64,000 nucleotides of DNA from a virus (IMGVR_UViG_3300029288_000082:64001-128000); one strand, 5' to 3'; numbered from the stretch's first letter, positions 45,428-55,547 are shown. The notes: generated by a model not told the origin, from the sequence alone. Numbers and translations are program-made.

Positions 45428-45895
45428 CTACTCTGCTTCCTCTTGTAGCGCACGCGCCGCTAGCTGGTCCAGATCCTTCGGCAACGAAGCCGCGCGCGCT
45501 GGCATGGGCGCAGCAGTCACGGGCACTACCTCCACCACCGGAGGAACCGCTCCCCCCTGGCCAGCCCCGGCCACCATGGGCATCCGCATGTAGCCCGTGC
45601 TCACAGACGCACGCTGGAGCAACATCGCGTTCACCGTCTCGCGCAATGCAGTTTCCGCAGCATCCATCCGCTCCATGCGCTCGCACATCGACTCTATGCG
45701 CGCCTTCAGCAGCTGGTACGCCACATCCGCCTTGGCCTCCGCCTTGTCATCCGTGTCGTCCAAGAATTCCCAGAACCCTGGCACCCCCATGGCCGCCACA
45801 AGAAGGACTGCAACCGTAGGGAGCCCAGCACGCTTCAACATGGAAGCCTTCTCCGCGATCTCGGAAATTCCACTCTGCTTGTCGGTCTTCGCCAC
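45428..45895 (-). CDS. Membrane protein with coiled coil
   Basis: Hydrophobic segment LPTVAVLLVAAMGVPGFW. Confidence 0.55.
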   Translation of the reverse strand: MAKTDKQSGISEIAEKASMLKRAGLPTVAVLLVAAMGVPGFWEFLDDTDDKAEAKADVAYQLLKARIESMCERMERMDAAETALRETVNAMLLQRASVSTGYMRMPMVAGAGQGGAVPPVVEVVPVTAAPMPARAASLPKDLDQLAARALQEEAE

Positions 45896-45907
45896 GGTAC
45901 ACCTCTC

Positions 45908-46387
45908 CTAAACTTCGTCTGGCTCGGTATCGTATCCACCGCACTTCGGACACTTCACCTCGAACGTGCTCTTGCCCAGCTTCTTCCGAAAGCGCGCGCC
46001 ACACTCGTTGCACAGCATCCGCGTGCCAACAGCCTCGGCAACGATGTCCTCGCTGACAACCTTGGTCGCGCCAATGACCACCGTCGTCTCGTCGCTCAGG
46101 AAGCCGCCCGTGATGCGGAACAGCACGCCGTCCCCCTGCCGCTCCCACCGCACCTGCACCGGCCGGTACGCCGGGTCTCCACCCTCCTTCCGGTGGTGGA
46201 ACTCCGCCACCTCGCGCTCCCGCAGCGGCCCCCGGCCGTTCCACCACTCGCCCCCCAGGCCGATCTCCAGTGCCCCGTCCAGGGGGTGCCAGATGAAGTC
46301 CAGCAGCCCCTTCGTGGCCGCGATGCGCAGCGTCGAGGCGAAGCCCTCGTTCACCGCTCGGTCCAACTGCTCGATCAAGTGCCTCAT
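45908..46387 (-). CDS. Putative internal head protein with zinc ribbon
   Basis: MRHLIEQLDRAVNE-G; CNEC...CPKC. Confidence 0.6.
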   Translation of the reverse strand: MRHLIEQLDRAVNEGFASTLRIAATKGLLDFIWHPLDGALEIGLGGEWWNGRGPLREREVAEFHHRKEGGDPAYRPVQVRWERQGDGVLFRITGGFLSDETTVVIGATKVVSEDIVAEAVGTRMLCNECGARFRKKLGKSTFEVKCPKCGGYDTEPDEV

Positions 46388-46390
46388 GAT

Positions 46391-46975
46391 TTAGAACCTC
46401 CCAGCTAATCCCTCTCTCGCAGAGAAGATCCGCAGTTCGGTGAACGCTTCAACTTGAACATCGAGTTCCATGATGCTGACCTCGCCAGAGGTGGCATCCA
46501 TATCAGACCCTGGCTTGTACCTGGTCGGAATTGCGTTCCACAATAACCAAACTCTACCTGGAAGAAACTGCGATGATTCCCATGCCTCAATAGCAATCGG
46601 AAGCATAACTTCCAAATCGTCCTTGTTCTTTGTGTTGATGTTCGTGAACTGGATCAGCAGCAGGTTGCGCGGCACCATGTCGATACCGCGGAGCGCGCGC
46701 GTGATCCACTGGTAGAACGTGTCGTCGTAGCAGCGCGCGCCGCGCATCAGCGTGATCGCGCCCACGCTCCCCCCGCTGTACACGTACTTTTTGTACATGG
46801 AGTTGACCTGCTTGACCTCGTCCACCTCCAGCGTCAGCTCGGGCATCGTGATGCTCTGGTAGCCCATGATGGGCGACCCCAGCACGAAGAAGGGGAACGT
46901 GGACGAGGGCACCAGGTCCAGCAGCCAGAAGCGGTGACTTTGGAGGAGGTCCTCCAGCGGGTGACGATTCGGCAT
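46391..46975 (-). CDS. Tail tube protein, gp19-like paralog
   Basis: YQSITMPE, ITLMRG, FYQW, W..A.P..Y...DMDATSGEVSIMEL. Confidence 0.85.
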   Translation of the reverse strand: MPNRHPLEDLLQSHRFWLLDLVPSSTFPFFVLGSPIMGYQSITMPELTLEVDEVKQVNSMYKKYVYSGGSVGAITLMRGARCYDDTFYQWITRALRGIDMVPRNLLLIQFTNINTKNKDDLEVMLPIAIEAWESSQFLPGRVWLLWNAIPTRYKPGSDMDATSGEVSIMELDVQVEAFTELRIFSAREGLAGRF

Positions 46976-47002
46976 CTTGGGCGCCTCCTCGCCCGCCGGG
47001 GA

Positions 47003-47536
47003 CTAGGAGTTGAGCAGCTCGACCTTCTCCAGGGCGAAGTCCACCTCGGCCAGCGACACCTCGCCAGACATCGAGTCGAAGTCCGCGGACGGCTTCACGC
47101 GCATGGGGATGCAGTTGTGGCACACGACGCGCCGGAAATCCGTGCTCTGCGCAGATTGCGCTGCATCGGCCATTTCCGCGCGCTGGTAGTGCCAGATGGT
47201 CACGTCAGACCGGAACTTCTCGCCAGTGACAGCCCGCATCACCCAGTCGTAGAACGCCATATCCCGCTTCGCCACGCCCCGCATCAGCGTGCAGTCGGAC
47301 ACGGTGGGAGGCCCCGCGTACTTCTGCGTCCAGGTCCAGGTGCCCTCCCTGTACTCCGACGCCTCCAGCGAGATCTCGGGGATGGTCACCGACTGGAAGC
47401 CCGCCTGGCCGCCACCCTCGAACGGTTCGAGGCTTGCCCCACGCTCGGGCGTCTGGAGCAGATCTGTCCCATCCTCGTTCACCGCCGAAGCGTGGAACCG
47501 GAAGCCCTGCATGAGATCGTCTACCGTCGCGCGCAT
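47003..47536 (-). CDS. Tail tube protein, gp19-like
   Basis: FRF, GFQSV, EYREG, TLMRGV, FYDW. Confidence 0.9.
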   Translation of the reverse strand: MRATVDDLMQGFRFHASAVNEDGTDLLQTPERGASLEPFEGGGQAGFQSVTIPEISLEASEYREGTWTWTQKYAGPPTVSDCTLMRGVAKRDMAFYDWVMRAVTGEKFRSDVTIWHYQRAEMADAAQSAQSTDFRRVVCHNCIPMRVKPSADFDSMSGEVSLAEVDFALEKVELLNS

Positions 47537-47556
47537 GTCACTCTCCTTCGCTCGCG

Positions 47557-48039
47557 CTACCGCCCGGGCGGGTAGCTCTCCGCGCCCAGGATGGGCGCCA
47601 TGTCAAACGTGTTCTGGCTCCAACCCGGCCCCGTGAACACGACCACCCGGCCGTTGCCCGGCGCCATCACTGCCGCCGAGGTCACCTGGATCGCCCATCC
47701 CGGCGGCACCAGGATTCCGCCCCCCTCGCGCGACACGTACTCGCCCGACGCCGCCGCCACCTGGTTCAACTGGTAGATCACGCCGTCCGGGTCCACCAAG
47801 TTGATCGTGATGTTGCCGCCGCCGTTCAGGTTCCACACCACCCGCTCCAGGCGCCACCCGTTCCCGAAGCCCACCGGCAGCTGGAACAGGCCCGCCACCG
47901 TGCACGCCATCCAGCGCCGGTAGCCGCCCCGGAACAGCGTCTCCTCGCTGTCGGTCCCGTCGGGGGCCACCCCCGTGAGCTGGTTGCCCGCCGCGATCTC
48001 GTGGACCATCACCTGCGGGATGCGCCGGATCTCAGCCAT
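47557..48039 (-). CDS. Hypothetical structural protein
   Basis: 160 aa between sheath and tube genes. Confidence 0.55.
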   Translation of the reverse strand: MAEIRRIPQVMVHEIAAGNQLTGVAPDGTDSEETLFRGGYRRWMACTVAGLFQLPVGFGNGWRLERVVWNLNGGGNITINLVDPDGVIYQLNQVAAASGEYVSREGGGILVPPGWAIQVTSAAVMAPGNGRVVVFTGPGWSQNTFDMAPILGAESYPPGR

Positions 48040-48080
48040 GCTCCACCTCGAACCTATTTACACATCTTCCAGTCATGTGC

Positions 48081-51000
48081 CTAACCAATCGAACGTTGGC
48101 TGAACCGGAAACAAATATATTCCGCCGGCTTGTTGCAGGCGATGCCCACGTCGCAGTAGACGATGCCCTGGTCGACTGTGTTCTGCGGGTTGTTGGACCG
48201 GTTGCAGATCACGAAGAAGGCCTCCTCGGGGGTGCTGCCGGCGAAGTAGCCGCCCTGGTAGAGGCCGGACAGGAAGTTGGTCAGCTGGGTGGTGATCGCG
48301 TTCCAGAGCGGCGGCCCGTTGTTCTTGAAGACGTGGATGTGGGTGGCGTTGAACACGCTCTTCTCGACGAACATGAACAGCCGCCGCATCTGGATGTAGG
48401 GCCACTCGCCACCGGCCACGTCCAGGGAGCGCACGCCCCAGACCACGCGGCCAGTGATGGGCCACTCTACGAGGCAGTTGATCTTGTTCTCGGTGCAGTA
48501 GCCCACCTGGGCCTGCGTGAGCGTGTACTCCAGGCCCTGCGACCAGGACAGGGATCCGTCCTCCATGCCGCCGGGCGCCTTGCCCACGTTCTTGTTGCTG
48601 TCCGTGCGCGCGTACACGCCCGCGACGTGGCCGCCCGGGGGCACGTCCACCACGGTGGAGGTGATCGGGTCGCGCACCTTGATGTGCGGGTAGTAGATGG
48701 CGCCGAAGGAGCTGTAGCGGTTGAGCGTGAAGCGCTTCCAGGTCACGGCCTCCTGGTACTCCAGGCCGAACGGCACCGCGCAGATGACGAACTTGTCCTT
48801 CATCAGCTCAGCGTAGGTGAGCAGCGCGTCGATGACGTAGGGGTCGGTCTGGAAGTCGGCCGCCACCAGCTGCATCAGCTCGTCCACCTTGCCGAAGGCG
48901 TACAGGCCGCGCATGTCGGCCGCCAGCAGCGGGCTCACGATGTCGTCGCTGTCGGTAGCGGATCCATCCAAGCCGCCGGTCAGCAGACCCTCGATGGACG
49001 AATCCGGCTCGGCGTAGTAGTCCGCCAGCTCGCCGCCCGTGAGGGAATCGGCACCGAACACGTCCAGCGGCGCCGTGATGCCCAACGCGGTGAGCGTACC
49101 CGCGGGCACCGGGTTGGAGAAGGTCAGCTCGGCTGTCGCCCCGGTCAGCAGCGTGCGGGTGGTCTGCGTGCCGTCGCCGTTGTCATCCACCACCACGACC
49201 CCGGGCAACCCGGCCTCGACCAGCGCCTCGTATTCATCCGCGCGCACCGCTTCGATGTCGTCCACGTCGCCGGTGCCATTCACGGGCGGGTTAAGCCAAT
49301 CCAGCAGCGCGTCCGCCGTCCCGCCAGCGACGTGGGCCACGGTGGAGTTGAGCCCCCACACGTCGGACGTGACGCGCATGTTGACGCCGTCCAGGGACGC
49401 GAACGCCCCGGGCACCTGCGCGTTGACCGCGTTGATCGCATCCGCAACCGCCCACACGCCACCCAGCGGCGGCGTGAACGTCACCGTGCGCTGCGTCCCG
49501 CCGATGTCCAGGATCGTCGTCAGGCCATCCAGCAAGAGGCCCGCACCCCACACCGTCGACTCGGTGAGGTACCCCTGCGTGGCGTTGAACGTGATCGTGG
49601 CGGGGGCGCCCAGGCCGTTTGCGTCGAGATCGAAGCTGCAGCCAGGAGTGAGGACCCACGGCCCCGCCGTCGAGGTCTTCGATGCGGCCGTGGCCGTGGT
49701 GAACGTGCCGGCCGGCCCGGCCGCGGGGTCGCCCGCGATCTTCCAGGTCAGCACGATCTCGCCGGTGTCGTAGTCGATCGTGTTGGTGCCCGACGTGTTC
49801 AGCTCGAACTTGGTCGGGGATCCCACCACCGGAGGCGTCAGCGTGGCCGGGTCGGCGATGCTCAGCACGCCGTTGCCATCGTCGATCACCGTCACGGGCT
49901 GCGCATAGGTGCAATCGATCAGCACCGCGGAGTCCACCACGAATGTGTCAGCCGCTGGCGTGAGGTCGATCGCGATGGCGCCGGTGGTGTAGGTGATGGT
50001 GCCGACGCCGAACCCGCCATAGGTCAGGTTTCCAGCGCCGTCGTCTACCAGCACGCTGCCAGGGCCGCCGCCCGTGAGGTTGGCGGTGATCAGCACGCTG
50101 CCCGCCACCAGCGCCGCCGGGGTCCACGTCAGGTTGGGCACCGCCGTGATCGGGTTGGTGCCCGTGCCGATGCGGGTGAGGTGCTCGATGAAGCGGAACT
50201 CGGCCACGAACGTGGTCGGGAACACGTCGTGCGCGAGCTGGTACTGCCAGCCCTTCCAGACGCCATCGTACGGGTCTGGCACGACCAGCGAGGACCCGTC
50301 GCTGTGCTGCTGGTAGGTGTAAAGGTTCTCGTTGAGGTACGCGGTACCAGCCAGCTCAGGCGGGTTCTGGGCGTTGCCGTAGTCCGTGACGGTGACGTAC
50401 TGCGACCCGTTGATGGCGTCGTTCATCACGGTCACGATGTAGTTCTTGCTGGTCTCGTCGTCGAACACGACATCGGAGAAGGTCTCCAGCGTGCTCCACG
50501 CGCGGTCGGTCGGATCCTGGTTGAGATCCTCCTGGATGGTGATCGTGAACCGCGACCAGCTGGCTGTCGAGGAGGTGAGATAGTCGTCGCTGCCCGGCGT
50601 GATCAGGACGCGGAAGTAGTTGCCCACGAGGCCCGGCCACTGCATCTCGAACCGCAGCACGCGGTAGGTGTAGTCGGCCAGGATGCGCCGCGGCGTGCCC
50701 GTGTACTCTCCGGGCACCGCCAGGTCGATGGTGATCTCGCCCGAGTCGTAGTCGATGCTGCCCGCGCCGCCCGTGCCCGTGCCGAGGACGTGCACCATGG
50801 TGCCCGCGCCATCGTCCGCGAACGCGTTCACCAGCGCCGGGTTGGCGTTCTCGAACGTCACCGTCGCGGTTCCGGGCGTCACCGGCACGTGGTCGACCTG
50901 CAGCTCGTAGTGGCCCGCCGGGTCGGCGGTCACGCTCAGCTGCTCGTCCACGGCGTCCAGCTCGTAGTCCCAGGAGGCGTTGTCCGCGTCGTCGTGCGTG

Positions 51001-51254
51001 GCGCGCACCACGTACAGGCGCTGGCCGCCATTCTGGAAGAAGGCGTACGCCATGGTGGGCAGCAGCCCCTTCTCGGTGAAGCTGCCGAACTTGGTGACGA
51101 ACTCGGTGAACGACGTGCACAGGACCGGATAGTCCACCTCGCCCCGCGTGGTGAAGCCGATCAGGCCCAGGTTGGAAGTCGTCACGCCCGAGATCGGGCC
51201 GGGTCCGCTGGAGACCTCCTTGATGTAGACGCCCGGGTAAGTGAATTCAGACAC
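48081..51254 (-). CDS. Contractile tail sheath protein
   Basis: YPGVYIKE, AFFQNGG, YYPHI, PPGGHVAGVYARTD, VWGVRSL, RRL, KPAEYI. Confidence 0.95.
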   Translation of the reverse strand: MSEFTYPGVYIKEVSSGPGPISGVTTSNLGLIGFTTRGEVDYPVLCTSFTEFVTKFGSFTEKGLLPTMAYAFFQNGGQRLYVVRATHDDADNASWDYELDAVDEQLSVTADPAGHYELQVDHVPVTPGTATVTFENANPALVNAFADDGAGTMVHVLGTGTGGAGSIDYDSGEITIDLAVPGEYTGTPRRILADYTYRVLRFEMQWPGLVGNYFRVLITPGSDDYLTSSTASWSRFTITIQEDLNQDPTDRAWSTLETFSDVVFDDETSKNYIVTVMNDAINGSQYVTVTDYGNAQNPPELAGTAYLNENLYTYQQHSDGSSLVVPDPYDGVWKGWQYQLAHDVFPTTFVAEFRFIEHLTRIGTGTNPITAVPNLTWTPAALVAGSVLITANLTGGGPGSVLVDDGAGNLTYGGFGVGTITYTTGAIAIDLTPAADTFVVDSAVLIDCTYAQPVTVIDDGNGVLSIADPATLTPPVVGSPTKFELNTSGTNTIDYDTGEIVLTWKIAGDPAAGPAGTFTTATAASKTSTAGPWVLTPGCSFDLDANGLGAPATITFNATQGYLTESTVWGAGLLLDGLTTILDIGGTQRTVTFTPPLGGVWAVADAINAVNAQVPGAFASLDGVNMRVTSDVWGLNSTVAHVAGGTADALLDWLNPPVNGTGDVDDIEAVRADEYEALVEAGLPGVVVVDDNGDGTQTTRTLLTGATAELTFSNPVPAGTLTALGITAPLDVFGADSLTGGELADYYAEPDSSIEGLLTGGLDGSATDSDDIVSPLLAADMRGLYAFGKVDELMQLVAADFQTDPYVIDALLTYAELMKDKFVICAVPFGLEYQEAVTWKRFTLNRYSSFGAIYYPHIKVRDPITSTVVDVPPGGHVAGVYARTDSNKNVGKAPGGMEDGSLSWSQGLEYTLTQAQVGYCTENKINCLVEWPITGRVVWGVRSLDVAGGEWPYIQMRRLFMFVEKSVFNATHIHVFKNNGPPLWNAITTQLTNFLSGLYQGGYFAGSTPEEAFFVICNRSNNPQNTVDQGIVYCDVGIACNKPAEYICFRFSQRSIG

Positions 51255-51352
51255 GGATTGCCTCCTTGTTCGGCTCGGAGAATTTTCTCGCGTGCATCAT
51301 GACCGGTCCTCAGTCGTCGAGGATTTCAGGCCACCTCGCTGGCCTTGCTAGA

Positions 51353-51817
51353 TCAGAAGTGGCGCCGCCGCTTGCTGCCCCGCCGCTCGCCGTCCTTGTG
51401 ATCCACCGCCTCCGCGCCGGCTTCTTCCACCGGCGCATCAGATCCATGTGCGACCGGCGCCGCAGCAGCTTCCCCCGCCACCACCGCCAGCTCGTGCTCC
51501 GTGAACTCCGGCTTGCCCACCGGCTTCTTGGGGGGCATCTCCTTGGACTTCGTGACGCCCTTCTCCGCGAAGTACCGGGCCAGAGCGGACTTCGGCACCA
51601 CGTCCGCCACCTTCTGGTCGGTGACCGCCACGTTGGTGCGGAGGGGCGCCCCCGCGGGCCGCCCCGTGCGCCGCAGCACGCCCCGGCGCAGGAGAGCCTG
51701 CGCCGCAGGCGTCATATCCACGATCTCCACCTTGGTGTGCGGCGCCACAGCCACGGACTTGGTGCGGCTCACTGGGATCCCTGTCGGAACGCTACCGGAG
51801 TAGTAGTACCAGCTCAT
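51353..51817 (-). CDS. Hypothetical protein
   Basis: 154-aa ORF upstream of sheath. Confidence 0.6.
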   Translation of the reverse strand: MSWYYYSGSVPTGIPVSRTKSVAVAPHTKVEIVDMTPAAQALLRRGVLRRTGRPAGAPLRTNVAVTDQKVADVVPKSALARYFAEKGVTKSKEMPPKKPVGKPEFTEHELAVVAGEAAAAPVAHGSDAPVEEAGAEAVDHKDGERRGSKRRRHF

Positions 51818-51909
51818 GCAGTCCTGCTATCTTTCTGGCGCGCAACGGTGCGCACCGGCGTCGAGGTTTTCAGGCCACCTCGCTGGCATTGCAAACTCAA
51901 AAGTTGCAC

Positions 51910-51925
51910 GCGCACACGTGTGCGC
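51910..51925. repeat. 16-bp palindromic site, copy 9
   Basis: GCGCACACGTGTGCGC, perfect. Confidence 0.9.
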
Positions 51926-51989
51926 GCCAGCGCTCCCCTCTCCACAGGCGTCACTTCTCCAATGTCCTCTGGAAGCTGTTGCGGATTCA

Positions 51990-52685
51990 TCATGACGGAC
52001 GGTACCTGGCGTAGGTCACGTCGGACACCACCTGTTGCACGGCCGGCATCTCCACGGGATCGTGAAGGTCGATTTCTGCGCGTACCGTGAAAGAAATGGT
52101 CCATGCCGCTGTCCTGTCTGCGATGTCAGCAAGTTCGGATGTCTCCGACACGCTGATCTCTCCTGCGTCATATTCTCGCACATCGCCTAAGCTGTCAATC
52201 ACCCGGAAGATGAACCAGGGGGGCAGGCAGCGCCGCAACACGTAGTGCAGGATAAGGTGAGCCTCCTGGCGACGCCGCGCCATGACCTGAAGATCGTAGG
52301 CCAGGTCCATCGGGGTGCCCCGCCACTGATTCTCGTAGCGGTCGTAGCCCACCGTCCCATCGGGAAGCGTGATTTTCTGGGCCCCCTTCGCGGGCGCCCG
52401 GGCCACCCACTGGTACCACGGGTGCCGATCAAAGGCCGGGGTCATGGATGTCATCTTGAAGGTGACGCAGGGCAGCACGAACGACTGGTAAGCATCCTCG
52501 GGCTCCAGGTACAGCAGGGGGACCCGATCGTCCAGGTGGGCCAGCTCGGAGCGCACGCCCGGGACCGCCAGCACGTTGACCCCGCGAAGGTCACCGTCCA
52601 CCTCGTAGGTGGCCACCTCCGCGCCCAGCGTCAGCGGCACGCCGGCATCCCAGCTCCGGGCGTTCAGCGTGCCGAGGATGGTCAT
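51990..52685 (-). CDS. Tail terminator / sheath-stabiliser-like protein
   Basis: LPCVTF, P.DL.YDLQV.AR, WTISFTVRAEID; synteny. Confidence 0.6.
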   Translation of the reverse strand: MTILGTLNARSWDAGVPLTLGAEVATYEVDGDLRGVNVLAVPGVRSELAHLDDRVPLLYLEPEDAYQSFVLPCVTFKMTSMTPAFDRHPWYQWVARAPAKGAQKITLPDGTVGYDRYENQWRGTPMDLAYDLQVMARRRQEAHLILHYVLRRCLPPWFIFRVIDSLGDVREYDAGEISVSETSELADIADRTAAWTISFTVRAEIDLHDPVEMPAVQQVVSDVTYARYRPS

Positions 52686-52732
52686 ATCGTGTTCCTATCG
52701 ATGCGCACCGCAGCCTTCACGCAATGGGCTTA

Positions 52733-52748
52733 GCGAACACGTGTTCGC
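52733..52748. repeat. 16-bp palindromic site, copy 10
   Basis: GCGAACACGTGTTCGC, perfect. Confidence 0.9.
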
Positions 52749-52765
52749 TGCTGGGCAACCCTGGG

Positions 52766-52945
52766 CTATTCGCCCTCGCAGGGGCAGATGTCCACGTGGC
52801 CCTGGGCCGCGAGATCGTTGATCACGTCCACGGCATCGTCCAGGTCGGCCTCGCGGGAGGCCAGCCGCCGGTGCAACAGCTCGTTCTCGATGGCCCCCAG
52901 CGAGTGGTTCAGCGTCCGCAGCTTCTCATCCTGTGTCGTCGGCAT
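52766..52945 (-). CDS. Small hypothetical protein, 59 aa
   Basis: Manual translation MPTTQDEKLRTL...CPCEGE; GAGGAGG RBS. Confidence 0.55.
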   Translation of the reverse strand: MPTTQDEKLRTLNHSLGAIENELLHRRLASREADLDDAVDVINDLAAQGHVDICPCEGE

Positions 52946-52972
52946 CCTAGAACCTCCTCTGTGTCTTCTGCG

Positions 52973-53797
52973 CTACCGTCTCGGTACGAAGGGCGCCAGC
53001 TCCGCCATGAAGGGCGCACCCGCGCGCAACTGGTCCATACTAATCCGGTCTTCGACATCTGGCAAGACGAAGACGTTCTCGCGCCCCGTTTCCACATAGC
53101 GCTCCAAGCGCCGGAGAGCATCCGGCACGGCGTTCAGCGTCTCCACGATGGCCGGCCGCCAGTGCGCGCGGGGCGCGTCGCCGTCCAGGCCGAACTCCCG
53201 GCGCAGCACGGCATGGGCCAGGTCCTGCTGCACCTCGATGCGCTGGCCGCCCACCGTGCGCTCCAGCTTGGGGCTCTTCGCCCCCGCCTCCAGCAGCTCC
53301 GCCAGGATGCGCTCGCGCTGGCCCTGGATCCGGCGCGTCAACGCCTGGATCTCGTCGGGACGCGCCGTCCGCAGGATCACCCGGGCGTCATTGGGCGCCA
53401 GCTGCACCGGCAGCAGCTCCGCAGGCCAGGGCCCCCAGCGCGTCAGCACGCTCACCCAGCCGGGCGACGCCGAGTGCGGCCGCACGTAGAGGGCGCTCCG
53501 GGGCGCCTGCCCCTCCGCCAGCACGGCCGTCTGGTGGGCGAAGTAGATCGCCACCGCGTCCTCGTCCTGGTCACCGCCCTGCACCAGGGCGATGCGCAGG
53601 TCCTCCGCGTAGCGCTGGTCCGTGCCGTTGAGGTGCACCTCGGGCGCGTGCGCCCGCAGGCGATCGCGCAGGAAGCCGGCCAGGGACAGCAGGAAGAGGT
53701 AGCGCCCCCGATCCACGCGCTCGGGCAGGTGCGCCACCACCCGGTTGTAGGTCTCCACCGTCTCCCGTAGCGGGTAGACCGCGGGCGCCGTGGACAT
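52973..53797 (-). CDS. Putative neck/tail-completion protein
   Basis: RREFG...PRAHWRPA resembles HK97 gp10-like motif; first gene of the tail module. Confidence 0.45.
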   Translation of the reverse strand: MSTAPAVYPLRETVETYNRVVAHLPERVDRGRYLFLLSLAGFLRDRLRAHAPEVHLNGTDQRYAEDLRIALVQGGDQDEDAVAIYFAHQTAVLAEGQAPRSALYVRPHSASPGWVSVLTRWGPWPAELLPVQLAPNDARVILRTARPDEIQALTRRIQGQRERILAELLEAGAKSPKLERTVGGQRIEVQQDLAHAVLRREFGLDGDAPRAHWRPAIVETLNAVPDALRRLERYVETGRENVFVLPDVEDRISMDQLRAGAPFMAELAPFVPRR

Positions 53798-53873
53798 CGT
53801 AGCCAGCGGGGGGCGGCGGTAGCGGACACGCTGCATGCCCCCAGGATAGCACGGGGGCGCGCTGCTGGCGACT

Positions 53874-54272
53874 CTACTTGAGGGCGGCGCGGGACAGCTC
53901 CTCGATATCCCGCAGGTGCCCGATGATGATCTGGTCGTCCGTCTCGATGGACTGCACGACCGCCGCGTGCGCGTGCGCGTTCACCTCGCGCAGCGCCACC
54001 ATCAACCGCTCGACCTCGGCCCGCAGTTGCCCGGCGTCTTCGAACGAGGCGGCTTCAAGGTCACTCTCACTTTTCAGCGCCTCGTCGCGTTCGGCGGTCA
54101 GGCGGGCAACCTCGGCCTCCAGTTCGGCGATGCGCTTCGCCTGACGACTTTCCTGGACCCGCTCCAGACTTTCCTCACGCGCCTTCCGGCTTTCCTCGCC
54201 GGCTTGAGACGCGGCTAACCTGCCGTATTTCCAGGGCTTCAATCCTCGGCACGGTCGTTGCTCTGCGCTCAT
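53874..54272 (-). CDS. Hypothetical coiled-coil protein
   Basis: ATGA-coupled; RIAELEAEVARL. Confidence 0.55.
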   Translation of the reverse strand: MSAEQRPCRGLKPWKYGRLAASQAGEESRKAREESLERVQESRQAKRIAELEAEVARLTAERDEALKSESDLEAASFEDAGQLRAEVERLMVALREVNAHAHAAVVQSIETDDQIIIGHLRDIEELSRAALK

Positions 54273-54967
54273 CTCGACCTCCATACCGCTTCGGCCGCCG
54301 CCGCGTCGTACTGGGCACACTCCGCGCACCGGTACCAGCCCGTGCCTGCGCAATTGCGAGCAATGCCCACGGCTTCGACGCGCCCAGCTGGGACGAAGCA
54401 CGGCTCGCCCTCCTCCCCCTTCCCCGCGAGGGCGGCGCGGGCCCATCCCGCTGCGTCTTCACACTTGGTTTCGCACTCGATCACGGTTAGCGTTTTTCTC
54501 AGCCGCTCGTTCTCGGCCAGCGCCTCGTCGCGCTCGCGGATCAACTGCGGCACCATCTTACCAATAAACCGTCGGCAATGGTCTCCAGGTGCGGCGCCAA
54601 GCATCTTGGCAAGCGCCTGTATATTCCACTCGCGTTCGACTCGCAGCGCCTCCCCCTTCCATCTATCAAGCCGGTCTACCTCTGCTACCGCCCGCCGTGC
54701 CGCGTCCTCGGCGTCCATCGGACCCTCGGCCCCCACCGCCCCGATCAGGATCTGCGCCGTCGTCCGGAGGCGTTCCCGCAGTTGATCGATCTGCCCCAGC
54801 AGGCACGCCTCGCAGGCGTAGTACGGATCGCCTTCGCCCATCGGCACCCCGTTCACGTGCGGGACGTTGCTGCGCTTGTGCAGCGCGACGAGCATGTGGT
54901 CCTTCCCGTGCCGGGCGCACTCGTTTGGCGGGGTGATCACCTGGATGAAGTTGATCTCGTCGCTCAT
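54269..54967 (-). CDS. Hypothetical protein
   Basis: 232 aa, Cys motifs and coiled coil. Confidence 0.6.
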   Translation of the reverse strand: MSDEINFIQVITPPNECARHGKDHMLVALHKRSNVPHVNGVPMGEGDPYYACEACLLGQIDQLRERLRTTAQILIGAVGAEGPMDAEDAARRAVAEVDRLDRWKGEALRVEREWNIQALAKMLGAAPGDHCRRFIGKMVPQLIRERDEALAENERLRKTLTVIECETKCEDAAGWARAALAGKGEEGEPCFVPAGRVEAVGIARNCAGTGWYRCAECAQYDAAAAEAVWRSR

Positions 54968-55527
54968 GGCATTCCTCCCTCATCCTCAACCAGCCCGCGC
55001 TGGCGCAGTTCTTCCCACGCCGGCTTGCACACGACAGGATCACCGGACCGCGGCCCGCGCGGCACCGGCTGGTGCGCGCAGGTGCTCCCCCGCGCTGGGG
55101 CCCACGAGAAGTGGGGGCACTTGTTGGGCGCGATCCCCTGCACCAGCGCCATGCAGCCCTCCCCGCTGTGCTCCCGGATCAGCAGATCCTGCTCGCGGCG
55201 GAGATCATCGATGCGCCTCTGTAGCTCGCGCAGGCGCGCCTCGCGCGACGACTCCCATCGGTGCTGGAGGGCCGCGCCCTTCAGCTCCCGTCTCTTCCGC
55301 TTCGGGGTCTTCCCCGCGCGTCCCCGCCGCAGCATCCAATAGCGAACGGCATCGCTCGGATCCCCCCAGTCCTCAAACGCGGCCAACCGGCTGTCCCGTG
55401 TCGTGGCACGCCAGCACCGCCGCACCGCCGCAACGATCTCCGCCTGGTGGTCGGGCCCCTCATCGCCGTCCCCCCAGCGCCGATAGTAGGCGGCCAGGAT
55501 CTCTGCATCAGTCACTTTGGCTTCCAT
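54964..55527 (-). CDS. Hypothetical protein, Cys-rich C-terminus
   Basis: MEAKVTDAEIL..., GAGG RBS. Confidence 0.55.
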   Translation of the reverse strand: MEAKVTDAEILAAYYRRWGDGDEGPDHQAEIVAAVRRCWRATTRDSRLAAFEDWGDPSDAVRYWMLRRGRAGKTPKRKRRELKGAALQHRWESSREARLRELQRRIDDLRREQDLLIREHSGEGCMALVQGIAPNKCPHFSWAPARGSTCAHQPVPRGPRSGDPVVCKPAWEELRQRGLVEDEGGMP

Positions 55528-55547
55528 GCTTCCTCTTGTTCCTTTGA

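Noticed and set aside
48075-51302. Long plus-strand ORFs (this one, 518..1960, 9951..11528, 12608..14221 and others)
   Set aside because: Antisense shadows of GC-rich minus-strand genes, with no motifs of their own.
16035-53797. Extracellular contractile injection system rather than phage
   Set aside because: Long tape measure, frameshifting chaperone, endolysin, putative head-internal proteins and many small phage-type genes, with no eCIS AAA ATPase seen. Head genes are presumably outside the window, which is unverified.
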